In this document: positions 11,675 through 22,566 of the stretch, piece after piece
Numbering within the stretch: position 1 is the stretch's first letter
Layout: each line of letters begins with the position of its first letter
Assembly: GCA_019828565.1 (NCBI GenBank)
Contig: JAHDYR010000069.1
Coordinates: 1-64,000, forward strand
Source: Carpediemonas membranifera BICM
Lineage: Eukaryota; Protista; Fornicata
DNA length: 64,000 bases
Reading direction: 5' to 3'
Position numbers and translations under genes: made by a program
Notes under the pieces: model-generated
Told to the model about the DNA's origin: nothing
The model's database searches: none
The model's input: the letters and a program-made list of their open reading frames with translations, nothing else

Positions 11675-14600
11675 TTAGTGGGAGAGGCCCAAATCCTCTG
11701 CTGCAGCATGTGCTGCGTCGCATTGCTTGATGAACGCTGCATATGTGTGCACTTGCCCTCTCATGCACGCCAAGAAAGCGTTATCAGCCATCTCGCGGAC
11801 CTGCTCAGCCTTAAGACCAAGTTCATCGCGCAAATCGTCCGTCCAGCCCCTTCCGTGCACTCTTCCAACGTCACCGTTGTGAAGCGTCACCGCGGGTATG
11901 AGCTTGACGTCCCAGTTGGAGTACTGGGCGCGCTTGCTCGTCATGGCCTGAGACACGTGGTTGCTGACGACGTTGTCAATGACGATTGCCTTCACGCCAG
12001 GTTTCGTGAGGAGGATGTCCGCCCGCGCCTTCATAGGCTTGGTCCGGTCAATGGTCCACTCACTGGCCTTGTTCAACCACACCTCGGACTGGACTCTCCA
12101 GCCATAACCCTTCAGGTCTCTCACCAGCCCGTCCTTGATAGCGTTGTGACGCTCGTCGTCCAGGCCTCCACGGAGGCATGGGCAGCACAGGGTGTGAGTA
12201 GCGTTGCACACAACGGACTGGTGGTTCACGGTGCGTGCCCTGCAGAGAGGGCAGACGTCAAATCCGGGCGTGAATGCGGGGAGGCCCAGGTGATTGCGGA
12301 AGATGGGGGCAACAGCGGCATCGGTTACCGAGCGCCCAAGAGAGGTCGGGTCGACCATCATGAACGACCGAACGACGTTGGGCGAGACGGCGGCACTCAC
12401 AGAGAGCTTGGTGGCAATAGATTCCTCAACGAGGCGAACCAAGTTCTTCTGCGTGTGGTCGGCGTCAAGAGCCTTCACATCGTCCAAGCCACTAGGCCAG
12501 TTCGACGGCGTGTTGAGCTGGGGCGGGAGACACTTGATGGCACCCGTCACGCTGTCAGGTGAGCGTGTAACACCCAGCCCTGCCAGTTGTCTCGTGGCCG
12601 CGAGGAACGCGGGAGCCCACACGACTGATGGCATTGCCAGCGCAAGCCCGCGTCTTTCGACCGGCATACTCAGGCGGAGAGCAAAGTCGTCATCGACCTC
12701 AGCCTCGCTCGACAGGATTCGGAGGATGGCCGGGACCGCCTCTTTCTTCTCAAATCCGAGCTCAGCCTCGTAGAGACCGTTGCCGACTCCACCCGTTGCG
12801 GGGGGAACGTTACGGAAGAAGTGCTCCCACTTTGTGAGCGCACAATACTTCGCAATGATCAACGCAGGGGCAGTTGCCTCCGGCCCCTCCTTGGCCACCA
12901 TCTCTCCGGCAGCGTTAAGGAGTTGCATCACGCGACTGTTGACCTTGGCCAACTCACCCATCGCATGAGCAGCGGACCCAACCGGAACGCCCACGAGGTT
13001 TAGGCTGCGTCTTCTTGGGACGCCTCCCGAGGTGTTGCCGTCGGTAACGTCTCTGTGCGCCACAACGCACTTCGACTTGTTGAGCCGCAGGCCGACTTCG
13101 AGGAACTTCTCCCTCGCGATCTCGACAAGGTTGTTAGCCTCTCGGCCGACACCGGGCGTCTGCAAAGGCCGATCAGTCGTGGCGACAAGATCGTCTTGGT
13201 ACGCTTGGAGGTGCCAACCCGGGAACGCCTCGCGCAGAACGTCCAGAATGGGCTTGATGCCCAGGCTGAACAGAATAGGGGACAGGGGATCTCCTTGATG
13301 TATGCCCTCAGCTGACCTTATCACTCCTCCTGACGTGGAGAATAGGAGCCCTTGGCGATACATCGTAGACAGGTAGGGCATGAGAGCAGGCATGTAAGCG
13401 CGTACCACGTCGAACATGAACGCCCTAGATAGGCATCCATAAGCGTTCGATAAGTCGAGGGAGACAACAGTCCCTCCCTCCTCGTAGACCCTGGTCACGC
13501 TGTCACTCAGCCTCTCCAGGCCGCACTTCTCCCCCACCCCATACTGATCCTTGAGGGTCCGGTCGACGTCGACCAGGCGGGCCCTCACAGCCCAGGCGAG
13601 AGCCTTCGCCGCAACCCGCCGAAGCGAGTCCCCGATGGCCACTCCTCGGATCTTCCCGGCCCCCTTGGGGACCGGGACAATGATGCAGTGGCTCAATACC
13701 GCGGTGTAGGTCTCGCCGTTCAGGATGTCCTGTACGATCGGCATCAATGCGGCGATGAGGTCATGTCTGGCCACCTTCGCTGCTATTCTGATATGGAGGA
13801 AGGACAAGCCCGACGGCCCTGGGGCCGCCTCGGCCTTTAGAGCGTGTAGTACAGTCTTGAGGGTCCTAGCGGACACCTCAACTGACTGCAGTGGCTCTGC
13901 GGGGACGTCCTTAAACGGAACATCTGGGCGCAGGCCACTGTAATCCTCCTGCAGTCTCTTCAGCTCTACATCCACCTCCTGTGGTGACAGGCCCGCATCC
14001 TCAGCTACCAGCGCAGTGGCTGCCTTGGACACGAACCCGTGGCGAACCAGTCGCATCACCTTACGCCACTTGGACGGGCGGCGCTTGGGGCCTTTCGATG
14101 CAACCGGCGGTGCGTACAGCGCCTTCGGGTACTCGAGTACCGTCCTCAGGGCCGCGCGCTTCTCGTCCTCGCTCTCCACGAGGGCCACCCGCTTGAGCTT
14201 CTCGATCAGGCCTCTGGCGAATTTCTCGCGTCCCCTCTTGGGGGAGCGATCTTGCCAAGGAAGAGAGCCTGTCCCGGTGGTAGGAACACGTCGGGTCGAT
14301 GGGCTGGGTGAGCGGGAGGGGCAGTCGGGGGGCTTGCGGTGAAGCCCACCGCGGTGACGTGCGCTGCTGCGCTCGGCTGCGATGACAGCTGGCTACCAGG
14401 GGCGTGGACCTCTTCGACAGATGGAAAGAGACTGGCAGGGTCGTTGTTGCCCATCACGTTTCTCCTGATCTCTCGGAAGAATTCGGCCGCCACCGACGGA
14501 GCTGTTTTGGCAGAACGCAGCGGTGTTGCTTTGGGAGTACTGCTAAGAGTAACACCCGCCGCGTCTAAGAGCCGCTTGAAGGAATCTACGATGTCCTTCA

Positions 14601-14886
14601 GTGCTCTCACCGTCAAACGCACAATCTTCTTGTTGTTCACGTCCTTCATCAGCTCGACGATGGCCGCTTCGGAGCACAGCGTATCAAACACTGTCTCTAC
14701 ATTGCACCAACGTGCGTCAATGAACTCAGCATTGACGAATTTCGCGTAGTCGGTACGAACAGTCTGCAGCAGAAGCTGTACGTCCCGAGCAAGCGCGTTT
14801 TCGCGCCAATCGGACGTTATGGAAACTCTCATCGCCATCTGGCCTCCAGGATCAGCCTGGGGCACAGAAAATGACGACATTTCCAT
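11675..14886 (-). CDS. Single ORF (~1070 aa): N-terminal domain + RT + CCHC + restriction-like endonuclease (homopolymer frameshift near 14240)
   Basis: Motifs APGPSGL, VPKGAGKIRGVAIGDSLRR, QYGVG, LDLSNAY, GIHQGDPLSPILF, AYQDD, GLRLNKSKC, CPLC..H..C, RHNAIKD and RADILL..IDNVV. This set is typical of CRE/SLACS-like RLE elements. Confidence 0.9.
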
Positions 14887-14900
14887 TTCGGAAGGGAGCA

Positions 14901-15124
14901 TCGTTTATTGCCTTTTGGACGAACTGTATTGCGAGCGGCGAGGCGCAGCCGAGCTTCGCGAGCCTGAGCGCAGCGAAGACGTCACTCTAGTGGTCAGTAT
15001 GTCGGGTTTGAGGCACTGCTCGCTCCGAAATCTCCCTTTCGACTCTCCACTCAGTCACAACGAACGCGAACGCGAATAACGCGCAGATCACGCTCAAAGT
15101 ACAGAAACAACATCAGTATTAGTG
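14901..15124 (-). mobile_element. 5'-truncated CRE family B copy (3' UTR only)
   Basis: Identical to 22567-22790, which is the 3' UTR plus stop codon of the full B copy. Bounded by cggaagggagca at 14889 and 15125. Confidence 0.85.
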
Positions 15125-15661
15125 CGGAAGGGAGCAAACTTTTATGTAATCAACGACAAACGCTAGCTATCCTAGCCTCATGACATTCTTTTCATTAACC
15201 AACGGGGGGGGGGGCGCTTAATTTACACAATGTTAACGAGGAAGCTAGTGTAAGTTAAACGTGAAGTCCTCTCCGCTTACCGAGGGAGAAGGAGTATACC
15301 AGTCGTAACTGGTACCGTGCCGTCGGATCCGGCGGATCCGAACCTTGCGCCATTCTGTCCGCATAAACTGCGTGACTCGCCTGACCGGCGAAGCACCTTT
15401 TGCCCGGAGTGAGGCTGTCGCATCGCCCTCCGCTCCGGGCCCGTTACCCGAGGTAACCTTACTGACGATGTAGCGCCAGCTAGCTATCCTAGCCTCATGA
15501 CATTCTTTTCATTAACCAACGGGGATATCCCGCCGGCAACGTGCTAACAATGGTTGGCCCACAGGCACGCAGGTGGGCCCCCCGACCAACCCCTCGAGGG
15601 TTCGCGTCCAAGAATGTCGGTACCGTGCTAATCGTCACTGCCCCACGACTCCCGTCGTGAT

Positions 15662-18600
15662 TTAGAGTGGTGGTTGTAGTAGAATTGAGGCCAGGTGACC
15701 CTGGACCCCTGGATGGGTGCGTACCCCGTTACCCATGTACCTCAGCATGCTCTTCGTAGATGACCACGTGCCCATTGAAAGGAGGACCTCCGTGTTTGTG
15801 TTGGCCACTGCCAGCTCAGTAGCTGCCCCCTTGCGGAAGGAGTGCCATGAAACGCTCGGGCCGAAGGCGCTGTGGATCCATGTGCGGAGGGTGGACGCTG
15901 CAAGTGGACACGTGAGTGATATACCTCCCGATGGACCGATCATGCGCCAGATCGAGTCGGAATTGTGTCGCGTCGCAGTTGGGACCCAGGCCTTGAGGGC
16001 TCTTGCCGGGTTGAAGCGGTCCCATGACCTGTTAGGAACAAGCTTATGGATGCCCTTGGCCGTCTTGGTGCGGGGGAACCAGAGCATAGCGTTGCCCTGT
16101 TCATCGAAAGAGATGTCGCCTCTCGTCAGGCCGAAGATCTCGCCTCCCCGGCTGACTGAGATGAATGTAAGTGCAGCGAACAGCGCTACCTGGAACGCTT
16201 TCGGTGAGGAGCGTCGCCTGTCGACGACCTTGCGGACCTGGGCTCTGGTCACCGGTAGTGCGCCTCCTGTTAGGCCGTCGAGAGATGCTACGTTCTCCGC
16301 ACTCTTGATGATCTGCCTGGCTTCTGGCGGAGGTCGCCAGTTGGAGACGAGTGGAGCCGCTTGACAGATCCAGTAGCCCTTTCTGTGGATACTCTGCGGG
16401 CCAGTGGTCTCGCCCTCGGCGAGGAGGAATGCTCTGAGTTGTTCGGCGTCGGAGAGGGCTGCCTGTCGCGATAGGACGAACTTAGAGACCCAGCCAGCCG
16501 CTGAGCGGCGCGATGACTCGTTTCGGAAGTGAGATAGCCTGTCGTGGCGGAGGAGTTCGTCGAACGGGTCTTGACGATCATCGCAATCATTCTGATCTTT
16601 CCTTGCCTCTCGGTCCAGGATAGCTCCGTGTTGAGCATGTGCGAGGAGTGGACTCTGAGATACATCTTGTGTTGGGACAGCCGTTTCAGCGCTCTGACTT
16701 CGGGTGAGTTGAGATCGGGGAAGAGGAGTATTGCCGCTGACCTCCACGTCCGAGGGGACGTAGTCGGGGTCTGAGGCGTCCGAATCTTCTCCAGACGACG
16801 ATGTGCCGCTCCCAAGAGCGCTGTCGGCGGAGCCAGATAGATCCTGGCGCCGGTCCAGGAGCGCTGGAAGCCGTGATCGTCGAGGGACCAAGCTTTCCTG
16901 ACGAATCCTGGCAGTGCGAGCTTCTTGTCCGGAGATGCAGTGACGTCTATCTCCGCCGGACCCCACTTGGCCATTATCGTCTCGAGTACCTCGCGGGGTG
17001 AGTGCCAATCGAGCTTTGCGAATCTCGACAGCCGGTCCGCCTGGACATTGAGGTGCCCTGCGATATGGAAGCAGTGAATATCGACATTCTTCGTGTTCGC
17101 CGTGGTGAAGATATCCTGCAGGAGTCGAATGGCCGTGTCGGCGAGACATGGGGAGCCCTGGCGGTTGACCCATGCGATGGCCGCGGTGTTGTCCGAAAAG
17201 ATAGCTAGTTGGGTCCTGGTGCGCTGGGTTGGGGTGAGCTTGATAGCCTGGCCAATCGCGTAGAGCTCCTTGACTCCGATATGAGAGTCTCGGAACTCGG
17301 GAGGAAAGCGGCCTTGAGCCGAGCGGCCCTGGTCGCCGTTGAATAGGCAGGCGCCCCACGCGAAGGAGGACGCGTCGGATGCGACCGAGAGCTGGAGTTC
17401 GTCCTTGATCTCCCAGTCTGCCCTGGCCTGAGCGAATGGTCTGGATGGACGATCTCTGAGCAGCGCTAGCCAGCTGTTGAGCTGGCGACGCATCTGCTGC
17501 GAGATGTGAAGCGTCGGGGCGGGATGTAGGGCCTGGAGTGATCTGAGCTGGAGCCTGGCGAACTGTGTCGTACTTGCGAAGAACGAGAGGCGGCCTAGTA
17601 GGCGTTGCCACTCGGTTGCATCGATCCTGCCGGCCCTGAGGGCCTGCTCGATTGATGTTGCATAGCGATCGGCTCTGTCCTTGGAAATCTGCAGTGTCTC
17701 GGCGGCTGTGTTGATGGTGACTCCTAGGTACTCCAGGCGTTGTGTGGGAGTTAGGATGCACTTGTTGAGCCCTGGGATAGCTCCCAGCGACCTCATGAGC
17801 GCGACTATTTGGGGAGCGGCGTCTGCTAGGTGGCGACGTGACCGATGTGAGATGAGAAAGTCGTCGAGGTACACCGCTATTGTCACGTTGAAGCGGTTCG
17901 CGAGTATCTTTGCTAGCTGGATGGACGTAGACTGGAACACGAACGGGGCAGCGGTCCAGCCGAACCCTAGTGTGTTGTATCTGTACGCCTGCCCGTTCGG
18001 GAGGACGATCCCCAGTAGCGTGGAGTCGGTCGGAGCCACACCCATCTGGTGGTAGCCGGAGGCTAAGTCGATCTTGAGCATGAAGTCGTTGCGCTTGAGG
18101 TTGCGCACTGCTCGTTTTAGGCCGAAGAGCCGGAAGACCCGCGTCTCCGCAGTGATTGCGTTGAGGTCGCGTAGGTCGTGTACCGGGCGGACATCGTGCT
18201 CGCCCTTTGCAACCGCGAAGAGCGGGGCACTGTGCCGGAGTTGCCCGCTGGTACAGGGTGAGATCACGCCGAGTCGGACCATCTCGTCGAGCTTTGGGGT
18301 GAGCCGTGGGTCCAGGCGCCGTTGTGGCGTGGGTGGCGGGGGAGTGCCTGTTAGCTTGATAGGTACGCCGTGACGGAGCCAGCCGACCACCTCGTCCGAG
18401 GCGCCGAGCCTTTCCCATAACCACCACCTCGCGTTCATCGACGGGAATTGATGAACAGAGGTTGTTATGTTCTCTTCTTCTTGTGAAACCCCCCATGTTA
18501 CCGTTGGTGTCCTTACGCCTGCCCTTAGAGCGGGCCTTCGCTGCGCAGTAAGCGATGGTGCGGCTGCTCTTGCTTTCTGTGCTGTTGAAGAGGTCCTGAA

Positions 18601-19018
18601 ACAGCTCGGTCGTGGCATCGGACCAGTTATCATCTTTGAGGTCTAGGACCATTCTACGAGCCTGTAGTTCGAGAAGAAGACGTTGTTTCGTCGCGGAATC
18701 TGGGAGAGCACTAGTGATCACGACAACGCGTTGAAGCCACTTCGCTTCTGCCTTGAGAGGTCTCTTGCTTGGTAACTCCGAGAAGGTGTCCATCTCTGCC
18801 ATAGTTGCATCTATGTCCTCCATCGTGTCCTCCTCCAACGATTCGGAGGTATTGAACCTAGCAACGGTGGAACTTTCGAGCATTTCGTCGTCAGGTTCTT
18901 TCTCTGGCGGAGGCGGAGGAGCAAGCCTGTTTAGGGCTTCGGACATGGAATTGATTGAAGCTTCTAGCTTATCTAAGCGTGTTGCCGTCGGATCCGGCGG
19001 ATCCGAACCTTGCGCCAT
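15662..19018 (-). CDS. YR1 gag-like ORF continuous with tyrosine recombinase
   Basis: 1118-aa ORF whose C-terminus has YR catalytic motifs SRGGEI (R), RTKT (K), HSFRKG (HxxR), GTWSS and RY. Confidence 0.85.
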   Translation of the reverse strand: MAQGSDPPDPTATRLDKLEASINSMSEALNRLAPPPPPEKEPDDEMLESSTVARFNTSESLEEDTMEDIDATMAEMDTFSELPSKRPLKAEAKWLQRVVVITSALPDSATKQRLLLELQARRMVLDLKDDNWSDATTELFQDLFNSTESKSSRTIAYCAAKARSKGRRKDTNGNMGGFTRRREHNNLCSSIPVDEREVVVMGKARRLGRGGRLAPSRRTYQANRHSPATHATTAPGPTAHPKARRDGPTRRDLTLYQRATPAQCPALRGCKGRARCPPGTRPTRPQRNHCGDAGLPALRPKTSSAQPQAQRLHAQDRLSLRLPPDGCGSDRLHATGDRPPERAGVQIQHTRVRLDRCPVRVPVYVHPASKDTREPLQRDNSGVPRRLSHLTSVTSPPSRRRSPNSRAHEVAGSYPRAQQVHPNSHTTPGVPRSHHQHSRRDTADFQGQSRSLCNINRAGPQGRQDRCNRVATPTRPPLVLRKYDTVRQAPAQITPGPTSRPDASHLAADASPAQQLASAAQRSSIQTIRSGQGRLGDQGRTPALGRIRRVLLRVGRLPIQRRPGPLGSRPLSSRVPRLSYRSQGALRDWPGYQAHPNPAHQDPTSYLFGQHRGHRMGQPPGLPMSRRHGHSTPAGYLHHGEHEECRYSLLPYRRAPQCPGGPAVEIRKARLALTPRGTRDDNGQVGSGGDRRHCISGQEARTARIRQESLVPRRSRLPALLDRRQDLSGSADSALGSGTSSSGEDSDASDPDYVPSDVEVSGNTPLPRSQLTRSQSAETAVPTQDVSQSPLLAHAQHGAILDREARKDQNDCDDRQDPFDELLRHDRLSHFRNESSRRSAAGWVSKFVLSRQAALSDAEQLRAFLLAEGETTGPQSIHRKGYWICQAAPLVSNWRPPPEARQIIKSAENVASLDGLTGGALPVTRAQVRKVVDRRRSSPKAFQVALFAALTFISVSRGGEIFGLTRGDISFDEQGNAMLWFPRTKTAKGIHKLVPNRSWDRFNPARALKAWVPTATRHNSDSIWRMIGPSGGISLTCPLAASTLRTWIHSAFGPSVSWHSFRKGAATELAVANTNTEVLLSMGTWSSTKSMLRYMGNGVRTHPGVQGHLASILLQPPL
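16288..18633 (-). CDS. YR1 RT / RNase H / methyltransferase-like ORF (overlapping frame)
   Basis: RT motifs IDLASGYHQ, LGFGW..AP and YLDD. RNase H motifs SDAS, HIGVKEL, FSDN and ADRLSR. MT-like WGPAEIDVTAS...WTGARIYLAPP. Confidence 0.9.
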   Translation of the reverse strand: MITGPMPRPSCFRTSSTAQKARAAAPSLTAQRRPALRAGVRTPTVTWGVSQEEENITTSVHQFPSMNARWWLWERLGASDEVVGWLRHGVPIKLTGTPPPPTPQRRLDPRLTPKLDEMVRLGVISPCTSGQLRHSAPLFAVAKGEHDVRPVHDLRDLNAITAETRVFRLFGLKRAVRNLKRNDFMLKIDLASGYHQMGVAPTDSTLLGIVLPNGQAYRYNTLGFGWTAAPFVFQSTSIQLAKILANRFNVTIAVYLDDFLISHRSRRHLADAAPQIVALMRSLGAIPGLNKCILTPTQRLEYLGVTINTAAETLQISKDRADRYATSIEQALRAGRIDATEWQRLLGRLSFFASTTQFARLQLRSLQALHPAPTLHISQQMRRQLNSWLALLRDRPSRPFAQARADWEIKDELQLSVASDASSFAWGACLFNGDQGRSAQGRFPPEFRDSHIGVKELYAIGQAIKLTPTQRTRTQLAIFSDNTAAIAWVNRQGSPCLADTAIRLLQDIFTTANTKNVDIHCFHIAGHLNVQADRLSRFAKLDWHSPREVLETIMAKWGPAEIDVTASPDKKLALPGFVRKAWSLDDHGFQRSWTGARIYLAPPTALLGAAHRRLEKIRTPQTPTTSPRTWRSAAILLFPDLNSPEVRALKRLSQHKMYLRVHSSHMLNTELSWTERQGKIRMIAMIVKTRSTNSSATTGYLTSETSHRAAQRLAGSLSSSYRDRQPSPTPNNSEHSSSPRARPLARRVSTERATGSVKRLHSSPTGDLRQKPGRSSRVRRT

Positions 19019-22000
19019 TCTGTCCGCATAAACTGCGTGACTCGCCTGACCGGCGAAGCACCTTTTGCCCGGAGTGAGGCTGTCGCATCGCCCTCCGCTC
19101 CGGGCCCGTTACCCGAGGTAACCTTACTGACGATGTAGCGCCATGTCTAGCGAGCGGCGAGGCGCAGCCGAGCTTCGCGAGCCTGAGCGCAGCGAAGCAG
19201 TTTGAGGCTATGGGGTGCGTCGGGGTCCTCCGTCGCTCCATCCAGTGAGTCGCTGGCGAGTCAACAAAACCAACAAGAACACTCTGAAGCGCTCTGCACG
19301 AGCCGATTGCTACACCAATATCAGAATTGAGTAACAATTAGTGGGAGAGGCCCAAATCCTCTGCTGCAGCATGTGCTGCGTCGCATTGCTTGATGAACGC
19401 TGCATATGTGTGCACTTGCCCTCTCATGCACGCCAAGAAAGCGTTATCAGCCATCTCGCGGACCTGCTCAGCCTTAAGACCAAGTTCATCGCGCAAATCG
19501 TCCGTCCAGCCCCCTTCCGTGCACTCTTCCAACGTCACCGTTGTGAAGCGTCACCGCGGGTATGAGCTTGACGTCCCAGTTGGAGTACTGGGCGCGCTTG
19601 CTCGTCATGGCCTGAGACACGTGGTTGCTGACGACGTTGTCAATGACGATTGCCTTCACGCCAGGTTTCGTGAGGAGGATGTCCGCCCGCGCCTTCATAG
19701 GCTTGGTCCGGTCAATGGTCCACTCACTGGCCTTGTTCAACCACACCTCGGACTGGACTCTCCAGCCATAACCCTTCAGGTCTCTCACCAGCCCGTCCTT
19801 GATAGCGTTGTGACGCTCGTCGTCCAGGCCTCCACGGAGGCATGGGCAGCACAGGGTGTGAGTAGCGTTGCACACAACGGACTGGTGGTTCACGGTGCGT
19901 GCCCTGCAGAGAGGGCAGACGTCAAATCCGGGCGTGAATGCGGGGAGGCCCAGGTGATTGCGGAAGATGGGGGCAACAGCGGCATCGGTTACCGAGCGCC
20001 CAAGAGAGGTCGGGTCGACCATCATGAACGACCGAACGACGTTGGGCGAGACGGCGGCACTCACAGAGAGCTTGGTGGCAATAGATTCCTCAACGAGGCG
20101 AACCAAGTTCTTCTGCGTGTGGTCGGCGTCAAGAGCCTTCACATCGTCCAAGCCACTAGGCCAGTTCGACGGCGTGTTGAGCTGGGGCGGGAGACACTTG
20201 ATGGCACCCGTCACGCTGTCAGGTGAGCGTGTAACACCCAGCCCTGCCAGTTGTCTCGTGGCCGCGAGGAACGCGGGAGCCCACACGACTGATGGCATTG
20301 CCAGCGCAAGCCCGCGTCTTTCGACCGGCATACTCAGGCGGAGAGCAAAGTCGTCATCGACCTCAGCCTCGCTCGACAGGATTCGGAGGATGGCCGGGAC
20401 CGCCTCTTTCTTCTCAAATCCGAGCTCAGCCTCGTAGAGACCGTTGCCGACTCCACCCGTTGCGGGGGGAACGTTACGGAAGAAGTGCTCCCACTTTGTG
20501 AGCGCACAATACTTCGCAATGATCAACGCAGGGGCAGTTGCCTCCGGCCCCTCCTTGGCCACCATCTCTCCGGCAGCGTTAAGGAGTTGCATCACGCGAC
20601 AATTGACCTTGGCCAACTCACCCATCGCATGAGCAGCGGACCCAACCGGAACGCCCACGAGGTTTAGGCTGCGTCTTCTTGGGACGCCTCCCGAGGTGTT
20701 GCCGTCGGTAACGTCTCTGTGCGCCACAACGCACTTCGACTTGTTGAGCCGCAGGCCGACTTCGAGGAACTTCTCCCTCGCGATCTCGACAAGGTTGTTA
20801 GCCTCTCGGCCGACACCGGGCGTCTGCAAAGGCCGATCAGTCGTGGCGACAAGATCGTCTTGGTACGCTTGGAGGTGCCAACCCGGGAACGCCTCGCGCA
20901 GAACGTCCAGAATGGGCTTGATGCCCAGGCTGAACAGAATAGGGGACAGGGGATCTCCTTGATGTATGCCCTCAGCTGACCTTATCACTCCTCCTGACGT
21001 GGAGAATAGGAGCCCTTGGCGATACATCGTAGACAGGTAGGGCATGAGAGCAGGCATGTAAGCGCGTACCACGTCGAACATGAACGCCCTAGATAGGCAT
21101 CCATAAGCGTTCGATAAGTCGAGGGAGACAACAGTCCCTCCCTCCTCGTAGACCCTGGTCACGCTGTCACTCAGCCTCTCCAGGCCGCACTTCTCCCCCA
21201 CCCCATACTGATCCTTGAGGGTCCGGTCGACGTCGACCAGGCGGGCCCTCACAGCCCAGGCGAGAGCCTTCGCCGCAACCCGCCGAAGCGAGTCCCCGAT
21301 GGCCACTCCTCGGATCTTCCCGGCCCCCTTGGGGACCGGGACAATGATGCAGTGGCTCAATACCGCGGTGTAGGTCTCGCCGTTCAGGATGTCCTGTACG
21401 ATCGGCATCAATGCGGCGATGAGGTCATGTCTGGCCACCTTCGCTGCTATTCTGATATGGAGGAAGGACAAGCCCGACGGCCCTGGGGCCGCCTCGGCCT
21501 TTAGAGCGTGTAGTACAGTCTTGAGGGTCCTAGCGGACACCTCAACTGACTGCAGTGGCTCTGCGGGGACGTCCTTAAACGGAACATCTGGGCGCAGGCC
21601 ACTGTAATCCTCCTGCAGTCTCTTCAGCTCTACATCCACCTCCTGTGGTGACAGGCCCGCATCCTCAGCTACCAGCGCAGTGGCTGCCTTGGACACGAAC
21701 CCGTGGCGAACCAGTCGCATCACCTTACGCCACTTGGACGGGCGGCGCTTGGGGCCTTTCGATGCAACCGGCGGTGCGTACAGCGCCTTCGGGTACTCGA
21801 GTACCGTCCTCAGGGCCGCGCGCTTCTCGTCCTCGCTCTCCACGAGGGCCACCCGCTTGAGCTTCTCGATCAGGCCTCTGGCGAATTTCTCGCGTCCCCT
21901 CTTGGGGGGAGCGATCTTGCCAAGGAAGAGAGCCTGTCCCGGTGGTAGGAACACGTCGGGTCGATGGGCTGGGTGAGCGGGAGGGGGCAGTCGGGGGGCT

Positions 22001-22566
22001 TGCGGTGAAGCCCACCGCGGTGACGTGCGCTGCTGCGCTCGGCTGCGATGACAGCTGGCTACCAGGGGCGTGGACCTCTTCGACAGATGGAAGGAGACTG
22101 GCAGGGTCGTTGTTGCCCATCACGTTTCTCCTGATCTCTCGGAAGAATTCGGCCGCCACCGACGGAGCTGTTTTGGCAGAACGCAGCGGTGTTGCTTTGG
22201 GAGTACTGCTAAGAGTAACACCCGCCGCGTCTAAGAGCCGCTTGAAGGAATCTACGATGTCCTTCAGTGCTCTCACCGTCAAACGCACAATCTTCTTGTT
22301 GTTCACGTCCTTCATCAGCTCGACGATGGCCGCTTCGGAGCACAGCGTATCAAACACTGTCTCTACATTGCACCAACGTGCGTCAATGAACTCAGCATTG
22401 ACGAATTTCGCGTAGTCGGTACGAACAGTCTGCAGCAGAAGCTGTACGTCCCGAGCAAGCGCGTTTTCGCGCCAATCGGACGTTATGGAAACTCTCATCG
22501 CCATCTGGCCTCCAGGATCAGCCTGGGGCACAGAAAATGACGACATTTCCATTTCGGAAGGGAGCA

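Larger units (their letters stand above)
11456..14888 (-). mobile_element. CRE-clade non-LTR retrotransposon, family A, copy 1
   Basis: Flanked by cggaagggagca (11444-11455 and 14889-14900). Near-identical to the copies at 15137-22554 and 26020-29455. Confidence 0.9.
15162..19143 (-). mobile_element. Tyrosine-recombinase retrotransposon YR1 (PAT/Ngaro-type split direct repeats A1-ORFs-B1-A2-spacer-B2)
   Basis: A1 18983-19143 = A2 15318-15478 (161 bp). B1 15479-15524 = B2 15162-15207 (46 bp). No TSD. Encodes gag-like, RT/RNase H/MT and YR domains. Confidence 0.92.
15137..22554 (-). mobile_element. CRE family A copy 2, interrupted near its 3' end by a YR element (15162-19143)
   Basis: The A trailer ...caacgacaaac|tgtctagcg is split at 15161/19144. 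RT-RLE ORF at 19338..22552 with homopolymer frameshifts. Followed by cggaagggagca at 22555-22566. Confidence 0.9.

Noticed and set aside
14899-14901. ATG giving the MLPSEMEM start of the CRE ORF
   Set aside because: It is created by the junction of the tRNA 12-mer with the neighbouring B trailer, and is absent (TTG) at 26020 and 29468.
19131-19143. YR1 5' end TGGCGCTACATCG as a tRNA primer-binding site
   Set aside because: It matches no tRNA in this window, other families' A repeats do not clearly start with TGG, and YR elements are not known to be tRNA-primed. It cannot be supported here.
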